A stretch of 64,000 nucleotides of DNA from an uncultured Fibrobacteria bacterium (GTDB lineage: Bacteria > Fibrobacterota > Fibrobacteria > UBA11236): positions 1,120,001-1,184,000 of the forward strand of contig OY970309.1 of assembly GCA_963716395.1 (NCBI GenBank), in the 5' to 3' direction. Under the pieces are notes generated by a model that was not told the DNA's origin, ran no database searches, and saw only the letters and a list, made by a program, of their open reading frames with translations. Below, piece after piece: positions 40,521-49,836 of this stretch; the stretch's first letter is position 1, and every line of letters begins with the position of its first letter. A program made the position numbers and the translations under genes.

Positions 40521-41192
40521 TCAGGGGGCCGATCCCAGCCGGTTCTCCGCTTTTTGCAGTGCGGCCTCGGCGGCTTGAGCCCCGTGGCGAAAATTTTCCT
40601 GTCGTTCTTTTTCTTCGGTATCGTCTTCCGATTTGAAGAACCGTTCCAAATTATGGGCGGAGGAGATCAAGGATTCGATGGCGGCGCTGATGGCGTCGGA
40701 GGAAGCCTCAAGGCCCGGAGGCAAGGCGGCCGTGACTTCGGCGAAGTGTTGTTTCAGGTTTTGCGCTTCGGCAGAATAGGCCTGGGCGTGGTTTTGCATG
40801 GTCTGATATTCCTCGTCGCTGACATCGGCCACGTCGGAAAGGTTCACCGACGCAAGATTTTGCTGCAGACGTCGCGCGGTTTGCAGCACGCTGCGCAATT
40901 GCGTCCGGCCCTGAGCCAGAGCGGTTTCGCGCTTGGAAGCGGCCAGACCCACGGTATCCGGAGGCGGAGGCGGCGGGGGTTTGGGCGCTTCGACCACCGG
41001 AGCCGGCGGAGGCGTGACCACGTCGTTCAAGGCTAGATAGCGGCTGGTGTGGAAAACCGCCGCGGCCAGACACAGGATGGCCAGCAGCGAGGAAATCACC
41101 ATGCGCACCGAATCCCGCGCATTGATGGCGCCGATGACGGCGGTGGCCGAAATGGCGTACAGCAGGGTCAACAACAAAGGTTGGGAAGTCAT
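40521..41192 (-). CDS. Hypothetical membrane protein (two TM helices, Pro-rich linker, helical bundle)
   Basis: Start MTSQPLLL within ORF 40521..41579; PPPAPVVEAPKPPPPPPP linker. Confidence 0.7.
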   Translation of the reverse strand: MTSQPLLLTLLYAISATAVIGAINARDSVRMVISSLLAILCLAAAVFHTSRYLALNDVVTPPPAPVVEAPKPPPPPPPDTVGLAASKRETALAQGRTQLRSVLQTARRLQQNLASVNLSDVADVSDEEYQTMQNHAQAYSAEAQNLKQHFAEVTAALPPGLEASSDAISAAIESLISSAHNLERFFKSEDDTEEKERQENFRHGAQAAEAALQKAENRLGSAP

Positions 41193-41321
41193 GGAACCAT
41201 CTTCCTTCCCGGTTGGGAACAATCGCTGTATACGGGGGGATGCATACCGAAAAATCTTTTGGGAATATAAGATTTGGGGGTAGGGCCTACAAGCAAGAGT
41301 TTTTCGAGGCGGAGCGGATCC

Positions 41322-42671
41322 ATGCAAAAACGCCCTGAATGGCCCGAACCCATTGCGGTGCTCGGCTACGGCGTCGAAGGACGCAGCACTTTGCGCCATT
41401 TGCAGGCCTGGGGCTATCGCCGTATCGAAATTTTGGATCGCGCACCGCCGCCGCCCGACGCGCCGGCCGGAATTCCCTTCCGCAGCGGGGTGGATTATCT
41501 CCGCGGCCTCGCCGGGGTGCAGACCGCGTTCCGATCTCCGGGGATTCGTCCCTTCGGCCCCGAGTTCGAGGCTTTTCATGCCCGGGGCGGCGTGCTAACC
41601 TCGCAGGTCGAAGCGGTCTTCTCTCTGGCCGGCCGCCAACGTATTATTGGTGTTACGGGCACTTTGGGCAAGGGCACCTGCTGCTCGCTGCTATCGGCCA
41701 TGCTGGAACGCGCGGGCATCGCCCACCGCCTGGCCGGTAACATCGGTGTTCCGCCCCTCGACGCCTGGGAGACCGGGCGCGCGGAAGAGCGGCTGCTGCT
41801 CGAACTCAGCAGCTTCCAACTCTCCACGTTGCAGCCAAGCCCGGCCGGGGCCGTGGTGCTCAAAACCACCAGCGAACACCTCGACTGGCACACTTCGCAG
41901 GTGGAATATTGGGAGCACAAGGCGCATCTCACGCGCCATCAAAGGCCGGGTGATTGGTGCGTGTTCTATGCCGACGCCGAAGGGTCGGCCTGGATCGGGG
42001 CGCAAGGCGAGGGGCATAAAATTCCCGTGGGGCGCGACGGGACCATGCGCCTCCGCGCCGAAGGCATCCATTCTGCGGAATTCGGCTTCGACCTGCGATT
42101 GGAGGAAACGCGCCTGCTGGGCGCTTTCAATTTGGAAAACCTGGCCGCTGCCGCTGCCGCGGCCTTGACCCTCGGCGCATCGCCCCAAGCCGTGCGTACG
42201 GCCGCGCAGAAGTTTACGCCCCTGGAGCATCGCCTGGAATTCGTGGCCACGGTGCAGGGTGTCGCGTACTACAACGATTCGTACGCCACGCGCCCCGAGG
42301 CGGCGATCGCGGCCGTGCACGCCTTGCGCGGCGCCCCTTTGGGACTCATTCTCGGCGGCTCGGAGAAACACGCCGACTTCGGCGAATTGGCGGCCGCGCT
42401 GGCGGGCGAACCCGACCTCTGCGCCGTCGCATTGCTCGGTCAAACCGCGGAGCGGCTGGAAGTGGAATTGTCGCAAGCCGGAGCTTTGGCCGGCCGGGCC
42501 AGCCGGCGCTGCGCTTCCCTGCCGGAGGCCATGGATTTTCTGCGCCGGGAAATTCGCTCGGGCGCCATTCTGTTGTCTCCGGCCTGCGCCTCTTTCGGGC
42601 TTTTCGCCAATTATAAGGAACGGGGGAAAGCCTTCAAAAACTTGGTGGCGGGGTTGGGTTCGCAGGCCTGA
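41322..42671 (+). CDS. murD: UDP-N-acetylmuramoyl-L-alanine--D-glutamate ligase
   Basis: GVTGTLGKGT, ELSSFQL, EHLDWH, EHRLE, YNDSYAT, LSPACASF. Confidence 0.95.
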   Translation: MQKRPEWPEPIAVLGYGVEGRSTLRHLQAWGYRRIEILDRAPPPPDAPAGIPFRSGVDYLRGLAGVQTAFRSPGIRPFGPEFEAFHARGGVLTSQVEAVFSLAGRQRIIGVTGTLGKGTCCSLLSAMLERAGIAHRLAGNIGVPPLDAWETGRAEERLLLELSSFQLSTLQPSPAGAVVLKTTSEHLDWHTSQVEYWEHKAHLTRHQRPGDWCVFYADAEGSAWIGAQGEGHKIPVGRDGTMRLRAEGIHSAEFGFDLRLEETRLLGAFNLENLAAAAAAALTLGASPQAVRTAAQKFTPLEHRLEFVATVQGVAYYNDSYATRPEAAIAAVHALRGAPLGLILGGSEKHADFGELAAALAGEPDLCAVALLGQTAERLEVELSQAGALAGRASRRCASLPEAMDFLRREIRSGAILLSPACASFGLFANYKERGKAFKNLVAGLGSQA

Positions 42672-42717
42672 AGCGCGGGGTATATTATGGCATTGCTTTG
42701 CCCGGAACCGGATTTCC

Positions 42718-43224
42718 ATGCTGCCTGAAGAACACCAACGCATGATGCTGGCCTATTTGGCGGGATTGTCCAAAGAACGGCGCATGCGCACTTTGGAGGA
42801 TTTGGCGGCGTTGAATGCGCGCGAACTGCTGCTGTTGGCGCAGAAAGTCGACGACGCGGCGCTGGGACTGTTCGTGCAATTGTTGAAATGCACCCGGCAG
42901 GGAACTTCGCTGTTCGAAAGGCTGATGGGCGACCACGAAGAAGAGAACCGCTCCCTGGTCGACGCTTTTTTCAACCGCTACCTCAACTCCGTGCTGTCCT
43001 TCGCCGAAGAGACCAAGGGATACAACCCGCTCGAAGTGTACCTGCCGCCGCACGTCTTCGACGACTTGGTGTTCGTGCAAAGCCGGCAGCCGTTTTTCCT
43101 GCGCCAGCGCATCGACGTCATCAACGCCTACTTCGACGGCGTGTTCGAAGGCCGGCACGAGTTCAAACCCGATGAACAGGAAAAAGCCTGGTCGTATTTC
43201 TGGAATAAGGTGATGTCGCGATGA
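42718..43224 (+). CDS. Hypothetical protein
   Basis: 168-aa ORF with protein-like composition; stop overlaps clpS start. Confidence 0.7.
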   Translation: MLPEEHQRMMLAYLAGLSKERRMRTLEDLAALNARELLLLAQKVDDAALGLFVQLLKCTRQGTSLFERLMGDHEEENRSLVDAFFNRYLNSVLSFAEETKGYNPLEVYLPPHVFDDLVFVQSRQPFFLRQRIDVINAYFDGVFEGRHEFKPDEQEKAWSYFWNKVMSR

Positions 43225-43571
43225 AGCCGTCGCTCCCGGCGGCCCCGCGCGGGCAGGGAGAAGTCGCGCCGGATCGCGAGGCGTCGACCGACACCCTGCC
43301 CCAACCCGCCGCGCCTTTCAAAGTGGTGCTGTTCAACGACGAAGAGCACACGTATGATTATGTGGTGGAAATGCTGACGCAGGTGTGCAAATTGTCGCGG
43401 GAGAACGCCTTTCGCTGCGCCGTCGAGGTGGATCTCACCGGTCGCACCATCGTGTATTACGGGTCGCATACCGAATGCGGGGCGGTCTGCGCGCGGATTC
43501 TGGTTTTCGGTCCCGATCACCGCCTGCCGCAAAGCATGGGATCGATGAACGCCGAGGTTCAAGGGCATTGA
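43221..43571 (+). CDS. clpS: ATP-dependent Clp protease adaptor ClpS
   Basis: FKVVLFNDEEHTYDYVVEML..EVDLTGR. Confidence 0.88.
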   Translation: MKPSLPAAPRGQGEVAPDREASTDTLPQPAAPFKVVLFNDEEHTYDYVVEMLTQVCKLSRENAFRCAVEVDLTGRTIVYYGSHTECGAVCARILVFGPDHRLPQSMGSMNAEVQGH

Positions 43572-43737
43572 ACCCGACGGCCGATTGGAACTTCTTGAGG
43601 TGAGGCGTGTTTTTAGCAGGAAAAGAAAATTTTACCCTTAAGGCTTACACAAAATTTTTCCCGCGCTTGGGCTTGCCAATACTTTCAGTTGTTATTTTCC
43701 CCCACAGTTACCACAATATGTTGGGTAGGAGGTCGCT

Positions 43738-44103
43738 TTGAAAAACATCACCAAGCAAGACCTTATCCAAGAGGCGTCCAAGTCGAGCGGACATTCCCAA
43801 ACCGAAACCCGTGCCGCAGCGGAGCAGTTCATGAAGGTGATCTCCGAAATGCTGTACGACGGGAAGTGCGTTGAAATCCGCGGCTTCGGAACCTTTTACA
43901 CCAAGGAGCGCAAGCCGCGTCCGGCGCGCAATCCCCGCACCGGCGAAGTCTGCCCGCTGGGCCGGCGCCGCGTGGCCCTGTTTCGGTTTTCACCGGACGT
44001 GCGCCACCACATCCATGAGCTTCCCGAACTGCAAGAGGCGCTGGGGATGCCCCGCGACGTCGAAGTCGAAGACGCTTTGACGGGCGCCCGCGAACTGGGT
44101 TAA
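43738..44103 (+). CDS. HU/IHF family DNA-binding protein
   Basis: TKQDLI, VEIRGFGTF, ARNPRTGE; SD GGAGG before TTG. Confidence 0.93.
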   Translation: MKNITKQDLIQEASKSSGHSQTETRAAAEQFMKVISEMLYDGKCVEIRGFGTFYTKERKPRPARNPRTGEVCPLGRRRVALFRFSPDVRHHIHELPELQEALGMPRDVEVEDALTGARELG

Positions 44104-44165
44104 CCGCCGCGTTTCCCATGGGTTTCGCGCGTGCCCCCGCAGGCGCGAAATGATACACTCGCTGC

Positions 44166-45509
44166 GTGGCGCCGGCGCCCCGCGTTGTTTTCATCGTCTG
44201 CTCATTGCTGGCCGGCCGCGCCGCCCAGGCACAGCCTCTGTTTTTCATCGGACGCGCCGACGCCGCTTTACAGGGCGCTTTTTCTTATGAGTTTCTGCGC
44301 TCCCCCCTGGATTATCCGGCCGGGCAAGGCCAAGTCGTCGCCGATTTCAATCTGCCGGTGGATGCGGCTGGCGGCACACAGCGCTGGATCGGCCGGCTTT
44401 TCGATTCCAGCGTCGTGGTGCCTTCGCTGTTCGGACGCGTGCAGCAAGTTCTCAACGCCGGCATTTCCGCCTCGGCGCCGGTGGGCCCGGGCGTGTTGTT
44501 TTTCGCGGCCGGCGAAAACGCCAGCCTGCGCGTCACCGCCGCATTGGGTGACGCCACCTTCGCCCTCGATACCACGCTGAGCGCCGGAACGGTGCGGCTC
44601 AAGGGCAGCGTCTATTTGCCGCTGCTTTTCGACGTGCACTGGCGTTCGATGACGCTGGGCTATGCCTGGCAGCCCGCCGACTGGCTGCGGGTGGGATTCC
44701 AGGTGCACCGCCACGAGGTATTGGCTTCGGTGGGCGGCGATTTGAGCCCGGATCTTGCGGGAAGAGTGGAAACGTCGGGGTTGGCTTTCGACGTACAGTA
44801 CACTTCCGATCAGGTCTTTGGTAACGCCGACGGTACCTATCGCGGGGTGGCCTACAACCCGGAAATGGCCGTACAGGCCGGACCGGTACGCGCCGTGGCG
44901 CGCCTGCCGGCTTCTTTAAAGGCCACCGGGCAGATGGTGATGAACTACCAGGTGCCTTTTTTCATCGATGCCGAAACCTTTCAACCACAAATCACCCAGG
45001 CCGATTCCTTCCTGACCCCGGCCAATCTGAGCCGCCTGCTCAACGGCGAAACCAATGCCCGCACCTGGGTGTTTCGCGATCCGCTGCGCTTCACCCTGCC
45101 CGGCAGCGTCACCCTGGCCCTGGAACTGTGGCGAAACCGGCTGGAGCTTTCTTACACCAAAATCTTTGGTTCGCTCGGCGTCGCATCCGAAGCCTCGCCC
45201 GCCGACACCGATGCGACGGCCCTGCATTCGCAGGGATATCTCGACGCTGCGGTGGCCGCCGACAATCTGTTTCTCCTGCGCTGGGAAACGGCGTTTTTCC
45301 ACGGTTGCCTCGGCCTGCATTCCCTGAACCTTTCCTACCGCAACCAAGCCAACCTGTTGTCGGGATATTCGCCATGGGAATGGGACGGCGATCCACTGGC
45401 ACCCGTGGTGCAATTCGGATTCTTATGGGGCGACCCTTTGCAATTCCACCTGGACTTCGACATCACGCCCGTGCCCGCTTTGCGCACAGGTGTGGGGTAC
45501 CGCTTTTGA
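44166..45509 (+). CDS. Hypothetical outer-membrane beta-barrel protein
   Basis: Signal peptide (..RAAQA), amphipathic strands, terminal LRTGVGYRF. Confidence 0.7.
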   Translation: MAPAPRVVFIVCSLLAGRAAQAQPLFFIGRADAALQGAFSYEFLRSPLDYPAGQGQVVADFNLPVDAAGGTQRWIGRLFDSSVVVPSLFGRVQQVLNAGISASAPVGPGVLFFAAGENASLRVTAALGDATFALDTTLSAGTVRLKGSVYLPLLFDVHWRSMTLGYAWQPADWLRVGFQVHRHEVLASVGGDLSPDLAGRVETSGLAFDVQYTSDQVFGNADGTYRGVAYNPEMAVQAGPVRAVARLPASLKATGQMVMNYQVPFFIDAETFQPQITQADSFLTPANLSRLLNGETNARTWVFRDPLRFTLPGSVTLALELWRNRLELSYTKIFGSLGVASEASPADTDATALHSQGYLDAAVAADNLFLLRWETAFFHGCLGLHSLNLSYRNQANLLSGYSPWEWDGDPLAPVVQFGFLWGDPLQFHLDFDITPVPALRTGVGYRF

Positions 45510-45516
45510 GGAGGGT

Positions 45517-48500
45517 ATGCAGCGTTTTGCCGCCGCCTTGATCTTGGCGCTGCCGCTGCCGGCCGCCTGCGGCGCCCTGCTGTTTCTGCAGGCGCCGCCC
45601 GCCGAGGTGTTGTCGGATTCGGCGGTGACGCTTTCGCTGGCTCCGGCTCCGGGAACCTCGGCGGCGTTGGATTCTTGCGGGGTCTATACCGCACCGGTCT
45701 CATTGGGGGCCACGCTCGGCGGGCGCTTGGCTTTGTCCGAGGTCGTGGATGCGGCCGTCGCGCAGCCGCCTTCGCTGCAACTCACCTTCACGCCGGCGGC
45801 CGGGGCGCAACTTTCGCTCGGCGTTCACTATGTGATCGCCGCTTGTCAGGACGGAGCGGCCCTGTCCCCGGAATTCCCCCTGCGCGTGGTCACGGCCGCC
45901 GCCCCGGTCATCTTGACCCCGCAGACCCAGGACGTTTCGGCGCGGCCCGAGATTTCCTGGACGCCGGTTCCCGGCGTTCCCGCGTACCATCTGCTGCTCT
46001 CCGATCAGCCCTTGCACATCGACGCGCAGGCGGGCACGGTTTCGGGCGCCAGCATCATTTGGCAGGCCATCGTGTCAGGAGATCACATTTTGTACGGCGA
46101 TCCCGATCCTTCCGGAAACTTTTCCCAAATCGAGGCTCCCCCGCTTTCGGCCGGCGTGCCATACAATCTCGCCATTCTCAACAATTACGACGGCGTCAAC
46201 CCGCTCAACACGTCGACGCGCGCCGAAGCCTTGAAGTTTTTCACTTATTCCGCGGCGGGCTCTGCGCTTTCGCCACCGCGCTGGTTGGCCCCGGCGGCGG
46301 GCACGGCCTTCGCGGCCCCGCGCGACAGCCTCCTCACTTTTCGCTGGACCTCGTCTTCGGCCGCGGGTCAAAACGCCAACACCTATCAAATCTACGTCTA
46401 CGCCTCGGCCTCTGAAAACGGCATCGCGATTTTGCGCCCGGTATGGCAAACCGAAACCACCGACACCACGGCGACCTTCGCCCCGGCGGGCGTGCTGCTG
46501 CCGGGGAATTACGTCGACAAGGTGTTTGCGCTGTCTTCCGGATCCGCAGCGGGCAGCGTCAGCGACACGAGTTTTTTCAGCTATGCGGCGGCGGTGCAGA
46601 CCCTGCAATTGGGGGCGCGCACGGTGGCGGCTTCCGGCGATACCATGCGCCTCGCCAATGTGCGCGTCACGGTGGCGGCGCTCGATGGGTCGAACTCATC
46701 GCTGCCTTTGTACACCTTGGCTTCGGGGTGGTTGAGTACGGACTTCGCCCTGGGGCAATACCGCGCGACCTTCGCCGCCGACGGTTACCCAAGCGTGGTG
46801 CTCAACGTATCGCTGACGGGCGGTGCCGCCGTGACCCTCGACCCGGTGCTCGCGGCCGCACGCTGCCGGGTGACGGGTTCCGTGGCCGACGCCTCCGGCC
46901 CGTTGGGGAATGCAACGGTGACGGCGATCGGAGCCGATGGTTCCCCCGTGACGGCGCACAGCGACGCCCTGGGAAATTTTTTACTCGGTCTTGCTCCCGG
47001 CCCCCTGCGTTTGGCTTTCACCCAGGACGACTACGACGAAACCGACACGGCCCTGACCGTGGCCGAAGGGCAGTCGGTGAACCTCGGGATGGTGACCCTG
47101 CATCCGTCGGCAGCCTCGCTGTCGGGCCTGGTGCGCACGCCGGCCGGCGTCCCGATTGTCGCGGCCGAAGTGGACCTCGAAGACACCACGGGCGCGGCCC
47201 TGCGATCCTTGACCACCGACGGCCAGGGTCTTTTCAACCTGTTTATGCCCCGCGGCGTTTACCGCGTGGCCGCGTCGCGAACCGGCTACGCCTCCGCGAC
47301 GCAAACAGTTTCGCTGACGGCCGCGGCCAACCTGGTGTTCAACCTCACGCCCGGCGCCTCGGTGATCAATGTTCACGTGACCCAAATCACGAAATTGCCG
47401 AACGGCGACAGCATCGCGGCCGATTTGCCCGGAGCGACGGTTTCGCTGCGATCCGTGTCCGGCGGTGCGGCTAACTCCGGCCTCACCGACGCCAACGGTG
47501 CGGCCGCGTTGTCGGCGGCAGACACGGGTTGGTATTGGTTGTCGGGATCGCAGGCCCAGACCTATGCCGATTCGGTCCAGGTGCACGTGGCGCTGGCCCC
47601 GTCGACGGTAACGGGTCGGTTATCCTTGCTGCGGTACGCCTCGGTGTCGGGACGGTTGCGCCTTTGGCCCGACACGACCGTCGATCCGGCGCGCCTGCAA
47701 ATCTCGCTGCTGCCCACCGGAACCGGTGCGGCGATCACCGGATCCCCGGTGGCTGCCGCCCCGGCCGACAGCTTGGGGCGTTTTGCCTTTGACCTCGGCC
47801 ACGTCGCCGCCGGAACCTATACCGTGACCTGTGGGTTACCCGGTTATGCGCCCGATTCCGAACCCGTGATCGCCGTGGCCCGGGGCCTGGGCCCCGACAC
47901 GTTGCAGTTGACTTTGCGCATAACGACGTCGCAGGCGGCGTTCCAGTTCCGCCGTGGGGCCGCGATCTTGCCGGGAACCGTGCGCCTGCGGTCGCCTTTT
48001 CCTTCCACCTTCGCGGCCGATCAGAAGCAGACCTTGGGAGCGGGCGCCTATCTCCTCGACGCCGAGCCGCAAGACACCACGGCCCTGCCCCTGCGGGCTT
48101 ACTCCGTGCTGGTGTCCGGCCCCGGACCCTTCGACACCACGGTGGCGCTCCCTTTCCCCGCTTGGCGCGACTCCGGTGCCCTGATGCAGGGCGGCCGCGT
48201 GCTGGTGCCCTACCATCTCGACACGGCGGCCGATGCGGGTTCCGTGGCTTATGCCGCGGCTGCGGGGAAATGGGACACCCTGGTCCTGGCGTCGTCGCAG
48301 CTCCGCGCCGGTATGGATACGGCGGTGTTTCCCGCGCCGCCGCAAGGCGGATGGCTGCAATACGCGCTCGACTTGCGCTTCGGCAACCGCGACTACGGCC
48401 AAGGGGCGACGGGTGCGCCCTATCGCATCGCCGCTCCGCGCGACACGGCCTTGGCCGTTTTGACCGTGGCCGAGGGTGACTCGCTGCTCCTGCCGGACGG

Positions 48501-49836
48501 CGCCGACGGCCGCATCACTGTGCATGCCTGGAGCGCAGCCGGCGACGAACTCGACGCCGGAGTGCTGCGGACCGGCACGGTGACGGCGCGGTTATCCGCG
48601 GGTTTTTCCGGAAGCCTTTCGTCGTGGCAGGGCTTGAGCGGCACGGTGCACGCCGCCGTGCCGGTTCCCAAACCCGGCGCCGTCGCGGCCACGGGCTGGG
48701 ATAGCCTGTATGTTACCGTCACCTACGCGAATCACCGCGCGTCGCTCCCGGTGCTGCTGCGCGGCGTGGCGCTGGCCGTGAACCGCCTGGCGCTGACTTC
48801 GCTGGGCGGCGGTCCGGATTTTTCCCGGCCACAACCCGTGCCCCTGCACGTGTCGGCTTTCGACACCACCACCACTCCGCCCACCCTGCTGGCGGCCAAT
48901 CCCGAATTCGCGGTGGAACCGGCGGAAGCGGGCGCGGTGCGCAACGGATCGCTGCAACTCGACAGCACCTTCCTCGGCCCGGTGCGCGTAATCGCGCGCC
49001 AGGCCGGGCCAAACGGAGCCTTGCAGGCCGAATTGTTTCCCAATCCCGATTCGTTGCAAAGCGGCCTCAATGTGGGCCAGAGCTTGCAGCCCGGCGCAGG
49101 AATACACCGCTTTCATTACACCCGCGAGGTGGAAGTGGTTTGCCCCGACAGTCTTTTTCCCCAAGGCGGGCTGCTGCGGCTTTTTCCCCATGCCCTGGCG
49201 CGTACCTTCGCCAGTCTGCCCACATCGGCGCTGCAAAACGGATTGGCCTACGAACTTTCCAACCCGAAGGGGACGGCTCTGGGCGACTCCGTCGAAATCC
49301 GGTTAACGCCGAACGCGGGATTTTCGGGCTACGCCGCCATCCGGCGTTTCGACGCGGCGCAATTGCAGTGGTTCGAGGTTACCGACACCGGCAGCGGAGC
49401 GGCGAACGGATACGGCTTGCCCTATGCGGCGGCCCGCGTCGGCGGACTCGACGGACAGTACTACGGTCTGTTCGCAGCCTCGCCGCCGCTCGGGCTGGCC
49501 GATTTCGAAGTCATTCCCAACCCCTTTTCGCCGCGGGTTACGGCCGTGCGCGACGGCAACAACCGGCCCGGCGCGCGCATTCTCTTCACCCCCGAAGCCG
49601 ACAGTAGCTCGGAAGTGACGGTGACTCTGCGCATCTACAACCTGGCCAATGAACCCGTGCGCACCTTGATCAATTACCAGACCTACCCCAAAACCCCGTC
49701 CGAAGTTTACTGGGACGGCCGCGACGACGACGGCCGGCGCGTGCGCAATGGGCGCTATCTGCTTTCGGCCATACTGACCCCGACGGGCGGCGGCAAAACG
49801 CGCTGCCTGGTGAAACCCATCGTGGTATTCGAATGA
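45517..49836 (+). CDS. Large secreted multi-Ig protein (carboxypeptidase-regulatory-like repeats, C-terminal FlgD-Ig/sorting domain)
   Basis: Repeats such as GSVADASGPLGNATV..SDALGNF and TTDGQGLF..GVYRVAASRTGY; end PNPFSP..LRIYNL..YWDGRDDDGRRVRNGRY. Confidence 0.8.
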   Translation: MQRFAAALILALPLPAACGALLFLQAPPAEVLSDSAVTLSLAPAPGTSAALDSCGVYTAPVSLGATLGGRLALSEVVDAAVAQPPSLQLTFTPAAGAQLSLGVHYVIAACQDGAALSPEFPLRVVTAAAPVILTPQTQDVSARPEISWTPVPGVPAYHLLLSDQPLHIDAQAGTVSGASIIWQAIVSGDHILYGDPDPSGNFSQIEAPPLSAGVPYNLAILNNYDGVNPLNTSTRAEALKFFTYSAAGSALSPPRWLAPAAGTAFAAPRDSLLTFRWTSSSAAGQNANTYQIYVYASASENGIAILRPVWQTETTDTTATFAPAGVLLPGNYVDKVFALSSGSAAGSVSDTSFFSYAAAVQTLQLGARTVAASGDTMRLANVRVTVAALDGSNSSLPLYTLASGWLSTDFALGQYRATFAADGYPSVVLNVSLTGGAAVTLDPVLAAARCRVTGSVADASGPLGNATVTAIGADGSPVTAHSDALGNFLLGLAPGPLRLAFTQDDYDETDTALTVAEGQSVNLGMVTLHPSAASLSGLVRTPAGVPIVAAEVDLEDTTGAALRSLTTDGQGLFNLFMPRGVYRVAASRTGYASATQTVSLTAAANLVFNLTPGASVINVHVTQITKLPNGDSIAADLPGATVSLRSVSGGAANSGLTDANGAAALSAADTGWYWLSGSQAQTYADSVQVHVALAPSTVTGRLSLLRYASVSGRLRLWPDTTVDPARLQISLLPTGTGAAITGSPVAAAPADSLGRFAFDLGHVAAGTYTVTCGLPGYAPDSEPVIAVARGLGPDTLQLTLRITTSQAAFQFRRGAAILPGTVRLRSPFPSTFAADQKQTLGAGAYLLDAEPQDTTALPLRAYSVLVSGPGPFDTTVALPFPAWRDSGALMQGGRVLVPYHLDTAADAGSVAYAAAAGKWDTLVLASSQLRAGMDTAVFPAPPQGGWLQYALDLRFGNRDYGQGATGAPYRIAAPRDTALAVLTVAEGDSLLLPDGADGRITVHAWSAAGDELDAGVLRTGTVTARLSAGFSGSLSSWQGLSGTVHAAVPVPKPGAVAATGWDSLYVTVTYANHRASLPVLLRGVALAVNRLALTSLGGGPDFSRPQPVPLHVSAFDTTTTPPTLLAANPEFAVEPAEAGAVRNGSLQLDSTFLGPVRVIARQAGPNGALQAELFPNPDSLQSGLNVGQSLQPGAGIHRFHYTREVEVVCPDSLFPQGGLLRLFPHALARTFASLPTSALQNGLAYELSNPKGTALGDSVEIRLTPNAGFSGYAAIRRFDAAQLQWFEVTDTGSGAANGYGLPYAAARVGGLDGQYYGLFAASPPLGLADFEVIPNPFSPRVTAVRDGNNRPGARILFTPEADSSSEVTVTLRIYNLANEPVRTLINYQTYPKTPSEVYWDGRDDDGRRVRNGRYLLSAILTPTGGGKTRCLVKPIVVFE